Assembly (NCBI GenBank): GCA_965213705.1 | Contig: OZ243913.1 | Coordinates: 256,001 to 320,000, forward strand | Reading direction: 5' to 3' | DNA: 64,000 nt | From: Trueperaceae bacterium | GTDB taxonomy: Bacteria > Deinococcota > Deinococci > Deinococcales > Trueperaceae | Shown here: in pieces, positions 43,167 through 52,016 of the stretch | How positions within the stretch are numbered: the stretch's first letter is position 1 | How the letters are laid out: the number at the start of each line of letters is the position of its first letter | Notes under the pieces: generated by a model | What the model was told of the DNA's origin: nothing | What the model saw: the letters and a program-made list of their open reading frames with translations, nothing else | Database searches by the model: none | Translations under genes and position numbers: made by a program

Positions 43167-44012
43167 GTGGACATGAATTCAAAAAACCCAGCGGTCAGAA
43201 AAGACGTGACCATCAAAGGTGTGAGCGTCCCCGCGCTCGGGCTCGGCACCTGGGACCTGCGGGGCGAGGAATGCGTGACGGGCGTGCAACACGCGCTCAC
43301 CGTCGGTTATAGGCACATAGACACGGCCCAAGGTTACGAAAACGAGGCGGAAGTAGGCCGGGGTATGAAGGCGTCGGGCATAGCTCGAGACGAAATTTTT
43401 GTGACGACGAAGGTCAAGCCGGAGAATTTTGCTCGAGACAAGGTGCTGAGTTCGACGCGCGAGAGCCTGCAAAAACTCGGTGCCGACTACGTGGACTTGC
43501 TCCTGCTGCACTGGCCGAACCCGGAGGTGAGTTTGGAAGAGACGTTTGCGGCGTTGCTCGAGCTGCACGACGCAGGCGCTGCCAAACACCTCGGCGTGAG
43601 CAACTTTCCGCCCTCGCTGGTCGAAGAGGCGATGCAGTACGGCCCCGTGTTTTGCAACCAGGTGGAGTATCACCCTTACCTGTCGCAGGACAAACTCTTG
43701 GCCCAGGCCGAACAAGCTGACTACCTGCTCACCGCCTACAGTCCGCTGGCGCAGGGCCAGGTGCTGGACGACGCCGTCCTCAAGGCTATCGGTGTTCGCC
43801 ACGACAAAAGCGTCGCCCAGGTTGTGCTGCGCTGGCTGCTGCAACAAGGCCATGTCGCCGCCATTCCCAAAGCCGCTACGGAAGAGCACCGCGAGGCCAA
43901 CTTCGACGTGTTCGACTTCGAACTGAGCGACGACGAGATGGAAGCCGTCTTCGACCTCGGCCGGGACGAACGGCTGGTCGACCCCGAGGACGGGCCGGAC
44001 TGGGAGCGCTAA
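43167..44012 (+). CDS. Aldo/keto reductase
   Basis: GLGTW, GYRHIDTAQGY, LLHWP, GVSNF, AYSPL, IPK. Confidence 0.93.
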   Translation: MDMNSKNPAVRKDVTIKGVSVPALGLGTWDLRGEECVTGVQHALTVGYRHIDTAQGYENEAEVGRGMKASGIARDEIFVTTKVKPENFARDKVLSSTRESLQKLGADYVDLLLLHWPNPEVSLEETFAALLELHDAGAAKHLGVSNFPPSLVEEAMQYGPVFCNQVEYHPYLSQDKLLAQAEQADYLLTAYSPLAQGQVLDDAVLKAIGVRHDKSVAQVVLRWLLQQGHVAAIPKAATEEHREANFDVFDFELSDDEMEAVFDLGRDERLVDPEDGPDWER

Positions 44013-44032
44013 TTTGCCGAGGGCAAAACAGA

Positions 44033-44061
44033 GGGGTCACGTCCTACAAGCGTGACCCTTT
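44033..44061. terminator. Hairpin between convergent genes
   Basis: GGGTCACG-TCCTACAAG-CGTGACCC followed by TTT. Confidence 0.6.
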
Positions 44062-44074
44062 GGAAAGCTCGAGC

Positions 44075-45466
44075 CTACCCCGGCTGCAACGCTTCCGGCT
44101 TCACCTGCCCGAGTTTCTCGAGCAACATCGCGTAACCTTTTTGCCCCCGCTCGAAACTGCTGAGCCGGAAAAACTCGTTCGGCGCGTGCGCCTTTTCATC
44201 ACGCAGCCCGAAAGCGAAGTTCACCGTGTACACGCCCAGCGTGTCCAGGATGATGCTGCAAAAGGGAATGCTCCCGCCGCTGCGGACGTAGAGCGGTGTT
44301 TTGTCGTAAAGCGCCACGTGAACCTGTTTCGCCACCTCGTTGCCGGGATGGTTTGCGGGCATGAGGTAGGGCTTGGACGAGCTTTCGGGCTCGAACACGT
44401 TTATGGTGACGCCGGGCAGGGTGTTTTTTTCGACGTGCGCCTTGATGAGTTTGACGATGTTTTTCGGGTCCTGGTCGGCGACGAGTCGGCAGGTAAGTTT
44501 GGCGTGGGCCTCGTTGGGCAGCACCGTTTTGACGCCGTCACCTTGAAATCCGCCCCAAATGCCGTTGACTTCCAGCGTCGGCCGCGCCCAGGAGCGCTCC
44601 AAGGTGCTGTAGCCGGGTTCGCCGAACACGTCCGGCACGCCTAAGTCTTTTTTGTAGGTTTCCTCATCGAAGCCCACCGCCGCGATGTGTTCGCGGTCTT
44701 CATCGGTCAGGGGACGCACTGAACCGTAAAAACCTTCGACCAGAATTTTGCCGTCTGCAGAGCGCATCGAGTCGAGCAGGTGAACGAGCGCGTGAACCGG
44801 GTTTTGCACCGCGCCGCCGTAAGAGCCCGAGTGCAGGTCGGTGTTCGCACCCTGCACGTCGATTTGCAGGGCGCACAAACCCTTGAGGCCGACGAGCAGC
44901 GCGGGTTGGTCCTCTTCCCACTGGCCGCCGTCGCTGCTTACGACGAGGTCGCACTCGAGCAACGCCTTATTTTCAGCGATAAACGCGGGCAACTGCGGGC
45001 TGCCGATTTCCTCTTGCCCCTCGAACAAAAACTTGACGTTAACGGGCAACGCGCCCGAGGTCTGCAGCAGCGACTCGACCGCCAGAATCGGCGTGAGCAT
45101 GTTGCCCTTGTCGTCGGTCGCGCCGCGCGCCACGACGCGCTCGTTTTCAATCACCGGCGTGAACGGCGGGCTGTCCCACAGCTCAAGCGGGTCGACCGGC
45201 TGCGTGTCGAAGTGGCCGTAAATAAGGACGGTCGGTTTGCCGGGCGTGTTCAACCAGTCGCCGTAGACGACCGGGTGCCCGCCGGTGGGCATGACTTTGA
45301 CGTTCTCAACGCCCGCCTCTTGCAACCGACTCGCCACCCACGCGGCAGCCTTTTCGACGTCGGGCAGGTTTGCGGGCAGGCTCGAGATGCTGGGGATTTT
45401 TAAGAAGTCTAGCAATTCTTCAGTAAAGCGGGATTTGTGCTCGGTCTGGTAAGTTTGCCAGTTCAT
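44075..45466 (-). CDS. M20-family dipeptidase
   Basis: YGHFDTQP, RGATDDKG, EGQEEIGS, DLHSG, HAPNE. Confidence 0.92.
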   Translation of the reverse strand: MNWQTYQTEHKSRFTEELLDFLKIPSISSLPANLPDVEKAAAWVASRLQEAGVENVKVMPTGGHPVVYGDWLNTPGKPTVLIYGHFDTQPVDPLELWDSPPFTPVIENERVVARGATDDKGNMLTPILAVESLLQTSGALPVNVKFLFEGQEEIGSPQLPAFIAENKALLECDLVVSSDGGQWEEDQPALLVGLKGLCALQIDVQGANTDLHSGSYGGAVQNPVHALVHLLDSMRSADGKILVEGFYGSVRPLTDEDREHIAAVGFDEETYKKDLGVPDVFGEPGYSTLERSWARPTLEVNGIWGGFQGDGVKTVLPNEAHAKLTCRLVADQDPKNIVKLIKAHVEKNTLPGVTINVFEPESSSKPYLMPANHPGNEVAKQVHVALYDKTPLYVRSGGSIPFCSIILDTLGVYTVNFAFGLRDEKAHAPNEFFRLSSFERGQKGYAMLLEKLGQVKPEALQPG

Positions 45467-46005
45467 GCGGTCTGCCTCCTTGGTAAGTCGTAGTGTCCGA
45501 TAATACGTTCTGCAACCTGTTCGGGCGGCACGGTGGTGTCGACGGTTAAACTTGCTCGACCCGGAACCTCTGAAAAAAGGTCGTGGCGCTCGAGTAAGTC
45601 CTCTAAAACCTCCACCGACGCGACCTTGTGCCGAGCGGCTCGAGCCTCGGTCGCAACGCGGTTTTTGAGTTCGGCTTCGGCACAGTGCAGGCGCACGAAA
45701 CAAACCTCGCCCCCGTTGAGTTCGACCACGGCGACGAGGTCGGCAAGCTCCATGTTGTCTCCGGGACTCACGTAAACGACGGTAAAAATGAGGTCCAAAC
45801 CCGCCTTGACAGCTTCTTCAATGACCATTCTGCGCAAACTCCCCACGATGCGGCCGAAGGGCGGCGTGCCGAACTCAAAGTAGGGTAGAACGGCGTTGAT
45901 GCTCACGTGGTTGTCGAACAGTTTGAAGCCGGTTCGTTTTTCAAGTTCCCGCGCGACCGTGAGCTTGCCGACGGCGGGCGGGCCGTAGAGGAAGACGAGT
46001 TTCAT
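45463..46005 (-). CDS. Small P-loop kinase/AAA-family protein
   Basis: LYGPPAVGKLT. Confidence 0.82.
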   Translation of the reverse strand: MKLVFLYGPPAVGKLTVARELEKRTGFKLFDNHVSINAVLPYFEFGTPPFGRIVGSLRRMVIEEAVKAGLDLIFTVVYVSPGDNMELADLVAVVELNGGEVCFVRLHCAEAELKNRVATEARAARHKVASVEVLEDLLERHDLFSEVPGRASLTVDTTVPPEQVAERIIGHYDLPRRQTA

Positions 46006-46069
46006 ACGGACTCGAGTGTAACCCGCCACCGCAAGCGGCATCAGCCCGTCCGGCTGTTAAACTACAAGC

Positions 46070-46279
46070 ATGGTCGTGTAAAAACCTAACACCATGCTCG
46101 GCAAACCCGTAATAGACGGCACGCGCATCACGGTCGAGAGCATCTTGGAGAAACTCTCAATGGGGTTCAGTCGTGAGGACGTTCTCGAGGCTTACCCTCG
46201 CCTGAGTGAGCAAGATATTCACGACGCGCTGGCCTTTGCCACTCGAGCTTCGAGGGCGACTGCCGAGTGTAAACCCTAA
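46070..46279 (+). pseudogene. DUF433 antitoxin-like gene, early stop, no toxin
   Basis: TAAACT-6 nt-ATG at 46070 reads MVV*KPNTMLGKPVIDGTRITVE; internal ATG at 46094. Confidence 0.65.
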
Positions 46280-46328
46280 CTGTTTTAGAACTCCGTGGGC
46301 CAACCGGTTTCAACAGGTAAACTTTGGC

Positions 46329-47069
46329 GTGCACCCCGCCCTCCGCGCCACCGACCACCGCCCCTACCCACTGCCCACACAACCCTGGGCGCTGCAAATG
46401 ACCTGGCGCGACCTCTTGTTTATGCACTGGCCCGTCCCGGCGGCGGCCTTGCAACCCCTCATCCCTAACGCTTTGACCTTGGACACTTTTGACGGCAGCG
46501 CCTGGCTCGGCGTGGTGCCGTTCGAGATGAGAAACGTCCACCCGCGCTACACCTTCAGCGTGCCGGGCGTGTCGAACTTTCCCGAACTCAACCTGCGGAC
46601 TTACGTCAGCGCAGGAGGCAAGGCGGGCGTGTGGTTTTTCAGCCTCGAGGCGGGCAACCCTGTCGCGGTGCAGTTGGCGCGGACCGGCTTTCATCTCCCC
46701 TACTTCAACGCCGCGATGGGCTGTGCCGACATTGGCGGAACGATTTACTACCAGAGCAAGCGAACCCACCGCAACGCGCCCGCAGCGGAATTTGTGGCGG
46801 CGTACCGGCCGGTCGGCAAAGTGAACTGGAGTCCGAACACCCTCGAGCTTTTCCTCACCGAGCGCTACTGTCTCTACAGCGCGGACGCGAAAGGCCGGGT
46901 TTACCGCGGCGAGATTCATCACCGCCCCTGGCCGCTGCAGAAGGCCGAGGCCGAGGTGCAGGTCAACCGCATGACGGGGCAAATCGGCGTGACCCTGCCC
47001 GGCACCGAACCCGTGCTGCATTTTTCGAGGGCGCTCGAGGTCGTGGCCTGGTTGCCGCAGGCACTTTGA
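46329..47069 (+). CDS. DUF2071 (YqjF) family protein
   Basis: MTWRDLLFMHWPV, FPELNLRTYV, FLTERY, IHHRPWPL. Confidence 0.9.
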   Translation: MHPALRATDHRPYPLPTQPWALQMTWRDLLFMHWPVPAAALQPLIPNALTLDTFDGSAWLGVVPFEMRNVHPRYTFSVPGVSNFPELNLRTYVSAGGKAGVWFFSLEAGNPVAVQLARTGFHLPYFNAAMGCADIGGTIYYQSKRTHRNAPAAEFVAAYRPVGKVNWSPNTLELFLTERYCLYSADAKGRVYRGEIHHRPWPLQKAEAEVQVNRMTGQIGVTLPGTEPVLHFSRALEVVAWLPQAL

Positions 47070-47121
47070 ACGTACAGCTGCACCTTTCAAAGGATGTCTG
47101 CAAGCGTTAAGCTTTCCCCTT

Positions 47122-47943
47122 ATGGACATCATCAAAGCCCTGCTGCGCCGCTTGAGTTGGTCACTCGTTTTGTACTGGGGCCTGTTGTTCGGCCTGCTGT
47201 GGATGCTCACCGAACTCGCCGACGTGGTTTACGACAAGGGCGGCTTCTTTTTCGACGAGCCCGTGCTAGACTGGTTTTACGGCCTTATCAACCCGACGCT
47301 GACGAGTCTGGCGCTGTTTGCAAGCACGGTTGGCGGGGTCGAAATCATGATCGGGCTGGCGGTGCTGGTCTTCATCTTCTTGTGGCGCGTGTCGCACCGC
47401 GAGGCGGTGTTTTTCGGCTTCAGCATGGGCGGCGCGTCGCTCATCATGGTGGTGACCAAGCTCGTGCTGAGCCGACCCCGGCCCGAGCTGTTTCCCGACG
47501 TGCAGTTTTGGCAAACCGCCTCGCCCTCGTTCCCGAGCGGGCACGCGACCGGCAGCATGGCGTTTTTTTTGAGCGTCTACCTCGTCGTGTCGCGCTTGGC
47601 ACCCCGTTGGCGCGGTCTGGCAGCCGTCGCCGGCGTGGTGATGGTGGCCTGGATAAGCGCCTCGAGACTCTATTTACAAGTCCACTACCCGTCCGACATC
47701 TTAGCTGGCTTGGCGCTCAGCACGACCTGGGTGCTCGGCGTGAACGCGTTTTATAAGTATCACACTCGAGACCGCACGCACCGCACCGTTTTACTCACGC
47801 TGCCCGCCGAAATTGTCGACGCCTACCGCGAAGAGGCGTTTGCAAAAGGTTTGGACGAGGGCGAGGTCGTCGCGCGCGCGTTGCAAAACCACTACCCGCA
47901 AGCGCAAATGACCTCGACCGGCAAGCTTGAAAAATCCGTTTGA
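47122..47943 (+). CDS. PAP2-family membrane phosphatase with a C-terminal extension
   Basis: K....RPRP, SFPSGHA, SRLYLQVHYPSDI. Confidence 0.92.
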   Translation: MDIIKALLRRLSWSLVLYWGLLFGLLWMLTELADVVYDKGGFFFDEPVLDWFYGLINPTLTSLALFASTVGGVEIMIGLAVLVFIFLWRVSHREAVFFGFSMGGASLIMVVTKLVLSRPRPELFPDVQFWQTASPSFPSGHATGSMAFFLSVYLVVSRLAPRWRGLAAVAGVVMVAWISASRLYLQVHYPSDILAGLALSTTWVLGVNAFYKYHTRDRTHRTVLLTLPAEIVDAYREEAFAKGLDEGEVVARALQNHYPQAQMTSTGKLEKSV

Positions 47944-47972
47944 CGGTCAAGAGGCTTGTAGCCTGGGTAGTG

Positions 47973-48379
47973 CTAAAGAGGTAATGATTGGTTGTAGTGG
48001 TGAATGAAGGTCCAGATAGCGCCGATGTGATTGTCGAGCTTTTTGGAGAAGGAAAGCGTTTTCCGCACCAACCTGGAGCAGCGTTGCCTGAGCGTGTTGT
48101 TGAAGCGCTCTGTGTGGTTGGTTTGCCCCGAATCTTTGCCGACCTGATGCAGCTTGTCAGCATAGAAAATCGCTTCGTAGGCGTGCCAGAAGTCGGTGTA
48201 GGTGTCTGCGTCCAGGTAACACTCGGGCAAACTCTGCCACAAACGAACAGCACCGTCCTCGTCCCGTGAACCGACGTAGCAACCGACGATTTCGCGTGTC
48301 GCTCGGTCCATTGCCAACCACACCCACTGTTTGTTTTGCTTGCTGTCGACAAATGACCATAGTTCGTCACATTCGATGA
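47973..48379 (-). CDS. insB: IS1 InsB part (frameshift product)
   Basis: ECDELWSFV, YTDFW, HTERFNNTLRQRCSRLVRKTLSFSK; A6G slippery site near 48388-48394. Confidence 0.9.
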
Positions 48380-48676
48380 CTAGAGCCCTTTTTTAGCCTT
48401 GACCTGAACTTGCTTCTCGACAACTTCGTATTTCTCGTTGACGTAAGCTTGCAACCATGTCTCAGAAACGTCTTCAACACGCGCAATGCCTGCTAAAGAA
48501 AGTTTCTCCAAAAGCAGTTTGTCGATACGCGCTTTGGTTTCTTCGCTGATGGTTTTGTTCGTTGGGTTCAAGACAAACTGTCTGCCACAGTCTTTACACA
48601 GGTAACGCTGCTTGCCGTTGTGGATATGGCCGTTCTTGATGGTTTGTTCGCTCTGACAGTTTGGACATGCGTTCAT
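48380..48676 (-). CDS. insA: IS1 InsA
   Basis: CPNC...KNGHIHNGKQRYLCKDCGRQF. Confidence 0.9.
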   Translation of the reverse strand: MNACPNCQSEQTIKNGHIHNGKQRYLCKDCGRQFVLNPTNKTISEETKARIDKLLLEKLSLAGIARVEDVSETWLQAYVNEKYEVVEKQVQVKAKKGL

Positions 48677-48816
48677 GCTTTAGCTTAAACCATTACCTGT
48701 GAGGCACTACCGTAGCCTGTAGCTTGTAGAAAACTTTCGGAGAGGAAGTCGGAGGGAAAATTTTTAGACCCTCCGCCTTTTTTCTCGGTACTTTTCACTC
48801 GGTACTCGGTACTTTC

Positions 48817-50202
48817 TTAGATGTGAATCGCCCGCCCCTCGACCGCCAGCGCCGCCTCTTTGAGCGTTTCGGACAGGGTCGGGTGGGCGTGGACGGTTCG
48901 GGCGATGTCCTCGCTTGACGCACCAAAGGCCATCGCCGCGACCGCCTCGGCGATGAGGTCGCCCGCTCGAGCGCCGATGATGTGGACGCCCAGCACGCGG
49001 TCGGTTGCGGCGTCGGCCAACACCTTGACCTTGCCCTCGGTCATGCCGAGGGCTCGAGCGCGCCCGTTCGCCTGATAGGGAAACACGCCTTTTTTGTACG
49101 CGACGCCCGCCTCTTTCAACTCTTCTTCGCTTTTGCCGACCGTGGCGATTTCGGGCTCGGTGTAGACGATGCCGGGGATGACGCCGTAGTCCACGTGGCC
49201 GTGCCCGGTCTTAATCGTCTCGACGCAGGCGACGCCGTCTTCTTCGGCCTTGTGCGCGAGCATCGGACCCGGAATTACGTCGCCGATGGCGTAGACGCCC
49301 TCGACGCTCGTGCGAAACTGCGCGTCCACCTTTATTCGGCCGCGCTCGTCGGTTTCGACGCCGACGTTTTCTAAGCCCAAACCCTCGGTGTTCGGTTTGC
49401 GTCCCGCCGCGACGAGGACGCGGTCACAGTGAATAGGTTCTTCGCCCTCGATTTCGACGACGCAACCGTCGCCTTCAACCCGCGCCGCCGTCACCTTGGC
49501 ACCGAGCTTGAACTCGAGGCCCTGCTTTTTGAACACCTTGAGCGCGTCCTTGGCGAGTTCGGCGTCCATACCGGGCAAAATCCGGTCGAAGTATTCCAGC
49601 ACCGTCACCTTCGCACCCAAACGCGACCACACTGAGCCGAGTTCCAGCCCGATGTAGCCCCCGCCGATGACGACGAGGTGGCCGGGAACCTCTCCGTAGT
49701 CTATCGCCTCGTTGCTCGTGCCGATGCGGTCACCGTCGAGTTCGACGCCCGGCAGCGTCATCACCTGCGAACCCGTGGCGATGATGGTGTGTTCGGCTTC
49801 CAGTTCCGTGTCCCCGTCTGCGCCGTGGACAACGACCCGGCCGGGCGCGGTGATTTCACCTGTACCCTGGTAGCGCGTGACCTTGTTCTTTTTGAACAGG
49901 TAGGCCACCCCGTCTGTGTTCGACTTGACGACCTTGTCTTTGCGCTCGAGCAGCTTCTGCAAATCCAGCTCGACGCCTGAGACGTTTACGCCGTGCTCTT
50001 TGAAACCGTGCTGCACGTCCGCGTAGCGCTCACTCGACTCTAACAGCGCCTTGCTCGGGATGCAACCCACGCGTACGCAAGTTCCGCCCAACGTTGCCTC
50101 TTTTTCGATGCAAGCCACGTCGAACCCCAGTTGCGCGGCGCGAATCGCGGCGACGTAACCGCCGGGACCCGCGCCGATGATTACCATGTCATGATTTGCC
50201 AT
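48817..50202 (-). CDS. lpdA: Dihydrolipoyl dehydrogenase
   Basis: GAGPGGYVAA, GGTCVRVGCIPSK, HAHPTLSE. Confidence 0.96.
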   Translation of the reverse strand: MANHDMVIIGAGPGGYVAAIRAAQLGFDVACIEKEATLGGTCVRVGCIPSKALLESSERYADVQHGFKEHGVNVSGVELDLQKLLERKDKVVKSNTDGVAYLFKKNKVTRYQGTGEITAPGRVVVHGADGDTELEAEHTIIATGSQVMTLPGVELDGDRIGTSNEAIDYGEVPGHLVVIGGGYIGLELGSVWSRLGAKVTVLEYFDRILPGMDAELAKDALKVFKKQGLEFKLGAKVTAARVEGDGCVVEIEGEEPIHCDRVLVAAGRKPNTEGLGLENVGVETDERGRIKVDAQFRTSVEGVYAIGDVIPGPMLAHKAEEDGVACVETIKTGHGHVDYGVIPGIVYTEPEIATVGKSEEELKEAGVAYKKGVFPYQANGRARALGMTEGKVKVLADAATDRVLGVHIIGARAGDLIAEAVAAMAFGASSEDIARTVHAHPTLSETLKEAALAVEGRAIHI

Positions 50203-50362
50203 TGGTCTCCTTCAAGTGGGGTCGATGCCCTGTGACCGGGCGTCACCCCTCGAACACGACGAGTCACGAACTAAAGTATAAGGTCTGACAAAAAACACCG
50301 TGTTGCCCCTGAAAAGGTGTTCCTTGGACAGCTCGCCAACCCCCTCGGTTCCTGTGAGCCCC

Positions 50363-51121
50363 TCAAGACCGCAAGTAAGACGCCCCGTTCACGTCGATAA
50401 TCGCGCCGCTGCTGAACACGGCTTCTGCTGAGGCTAAAAACAGCACCGCGTGCGCGACTTCTTCAGGTTTGGCGACGCGGCCGAACGGGCTCTGGTTGCG
50501 CACGTCCTCACCCCTGGGACTTTTCAGCAAGCCCCAGGCCATGTCGGTTTCGACAAACCCCGGTGCCACCACACCCACGCTGATGTTGTAGGGCGCGAGC
50601 TTTTGCGCCAACGACTGGCTCATCGCGTTCAAGCCCGCCTTGCTCGCCCCGTAAGCCGGCGACTCGGGCTCACCCCGAAACGCGCCCCGCGAAGACACAT
50701 TGACGATTTTGCCGCCGCCCTGCCGAATCATAGTTTGGGCCGCGTGGTAGCAGAGGTTGGCTGGGGCGACAAGGTTGACGTCCAAGGTGTGCCGCCAAGC
50801 GGTTTGCCACGCGTCGAAACTCACGCTGTCAACAGGGTGTGCCTCGAAGATGCCGGCGTTGTTCACCAGGATGTCGAGACTCCCCAGACCCGCCACGGTG
50901 CGCTCGACGAGGTCTTTTGTAAAGGTAGGGACGGTAAGGTCACCGGCTATGCGGATGTGCGAATCACCCTTGAGGGAAGCCAAAGTCTCTTCGGCCGCTG
51001 CATGGTTGTCGCGGTAGGACAGGGCGACCCGCGCACCCCTAGCGGCGAAGGCCTGAGCGACGGCGCGGCCAATGCCCCGCGCGCCGCCGGTGACGAGGAT
51101 GTTTTTGCCTTGAAAGTTCAT
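50363..51121 (-). CDS. Short-chain dehydrogenase/reductase
   Basis: TGGARGIG, NNAG, YGASK. Confidence 0.93.
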   Translation of the reverse strand: MNFQGKNILVTGGARGIGRAVAQAFAARGARVALSYRDNHAAAEETLASLKGDSHIRIAGDLTVPTFTKDLVERTVAGLGSLDILVNNAGIFEAHPVDSVSFDAWQTAWRHTLDVNLVAPANLCYHAAQTMIRQGGGKIVNVSSRGAFRGEPESPAYGASKAGLNAMSQSLAQKLAPYNISVGVVAPGFVETDMAWGLLKSPRGEDVRNQSPFGRVAKPEEVAHAVLFLASAEAVFSSGAIIDVNGASYLRS

Positions 51122-51378
51122 AAGTACCTCATTCACGAAACGCACCTCGGGGAGGCTCAAGAGCCCGCCGCAACCCGCCGATTCTAACCCGGCCCAACAA
51201 GAACTGCTTTTGCACGGGCAGTTGCCGAGCGCGAGAGCTGACGCTGGTTTCGAACGCACCGGCACGCGCAGTGACGAGGAAGACTCGCTCGTTCCTTGGC
51301 GGCATCTTGAGGGTTCGGGTCGTCCGGCTGTCAACCTTTTTTAGGGCAGAAGCAAAAACCCGATTTTACCCGTGCAAA

Positions 51379-51633
51379 TCAGGTGTCTAGGTACTTCATA
51401 AACGCCTCGGGGACGAACATCCTGCTGACCAACAACCGGTCGTCCTCGACGCGGGCGTGCCCGGCCCGCTCCAGGGCCTTCAAACTCGCCTGCACCTTGC
51501 CCTGCACCTGGCGCAAGGGCGCGTCTTGGTAGTCCTCGTCAGGGCGTGCCAGCACCAAAAAGCCGCGGTGAAAGCTAGGCAACTCGTCTAAGGGAATGGT
51601 CTCTTCGAGAGCCCGCCAGTCTACAAAGGTCAT
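51379..51633 (-). CDS. Hypothetical protein (paralog of the neighbour)
   Basis: 84 aa; shares VDW.AL...VQA.L..LER.G...VPEAF.KYL with 51636-51893. Confidence 0.8.
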   Translation of the reverse strand: MTFVDWRALEETIPLDELPSFHRGFLVLARPDEDYQDAPLRQVQGKVQASLKALERAGHARVEDDRLLVSRMFVPEAFMKYLDT

Positions 51634-51635
51634 TT

Positions 51636-51893
51636 TTATAAGTATTTTTGAAACGCTTCGGGAACGAGGCGCTCGTCGATGAGGATTTTGCCGTCCTCTT
51701 TTTTTACCCGGCCTTCGCGCTCGAGGGTCTCTAAGGTCGCCTGAACGTTCTCGGCCGCCTTGCTCTCGTAGGGTGTGTCGGCGTTGTCGGCGGGCAGCGC
51801 CAGTTGGAAGAAAGCTTGGTCCAGCGACTGCCGTTCGTCTTCGGGAACACGCTCCTGCAAGGCGCTCCAGTCAACCCAAGTGGTTTCGTTCAT
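51636..51893 (-). CDS. Hypothetical protein (paralog of the neighbour)
   Basis: 85 aa; same pattern; 2-nt gap to the next gene. Confidence 0.8.
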   Translation of the reverse strand: MNETTWVDWSALQERVPEDERQSLDQAFFQLALPADNADTPYESKAAENVQATLETLEREGRVKKEDGKILIDERLVPEAFQKYL

Positions 51894-52016
51894 GTATCTA
51901 ACCTACCTTATCTGGACTTTTAGCAAGTTGGCTTTGGTCAACTTCTTTTACTGGGTCCGCTTGAAGAGGGATGGTTACCGGTCACCCGGTTGCTCAGTTG
52001 AACTTTGGCAAGGCGT

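Larger units (their letters stand above)
47966..48711 (-). mobile_element. IS1-family insertion sequence, 746 bp
   Basis: IRs GGTAGTGCTAAAGAGGTAATGATT / GGTAGTGCCTCACAGGTAATGGTT; 8-bp TSD GTAGCCTG (47958-47965, 48712-48719). Confidence 0.93.

Noticed and set aside
51130..51340. Structured RNA upstream of the SDR gene
   Set aside because: Only short GC-rich pairings and no recognisable motif
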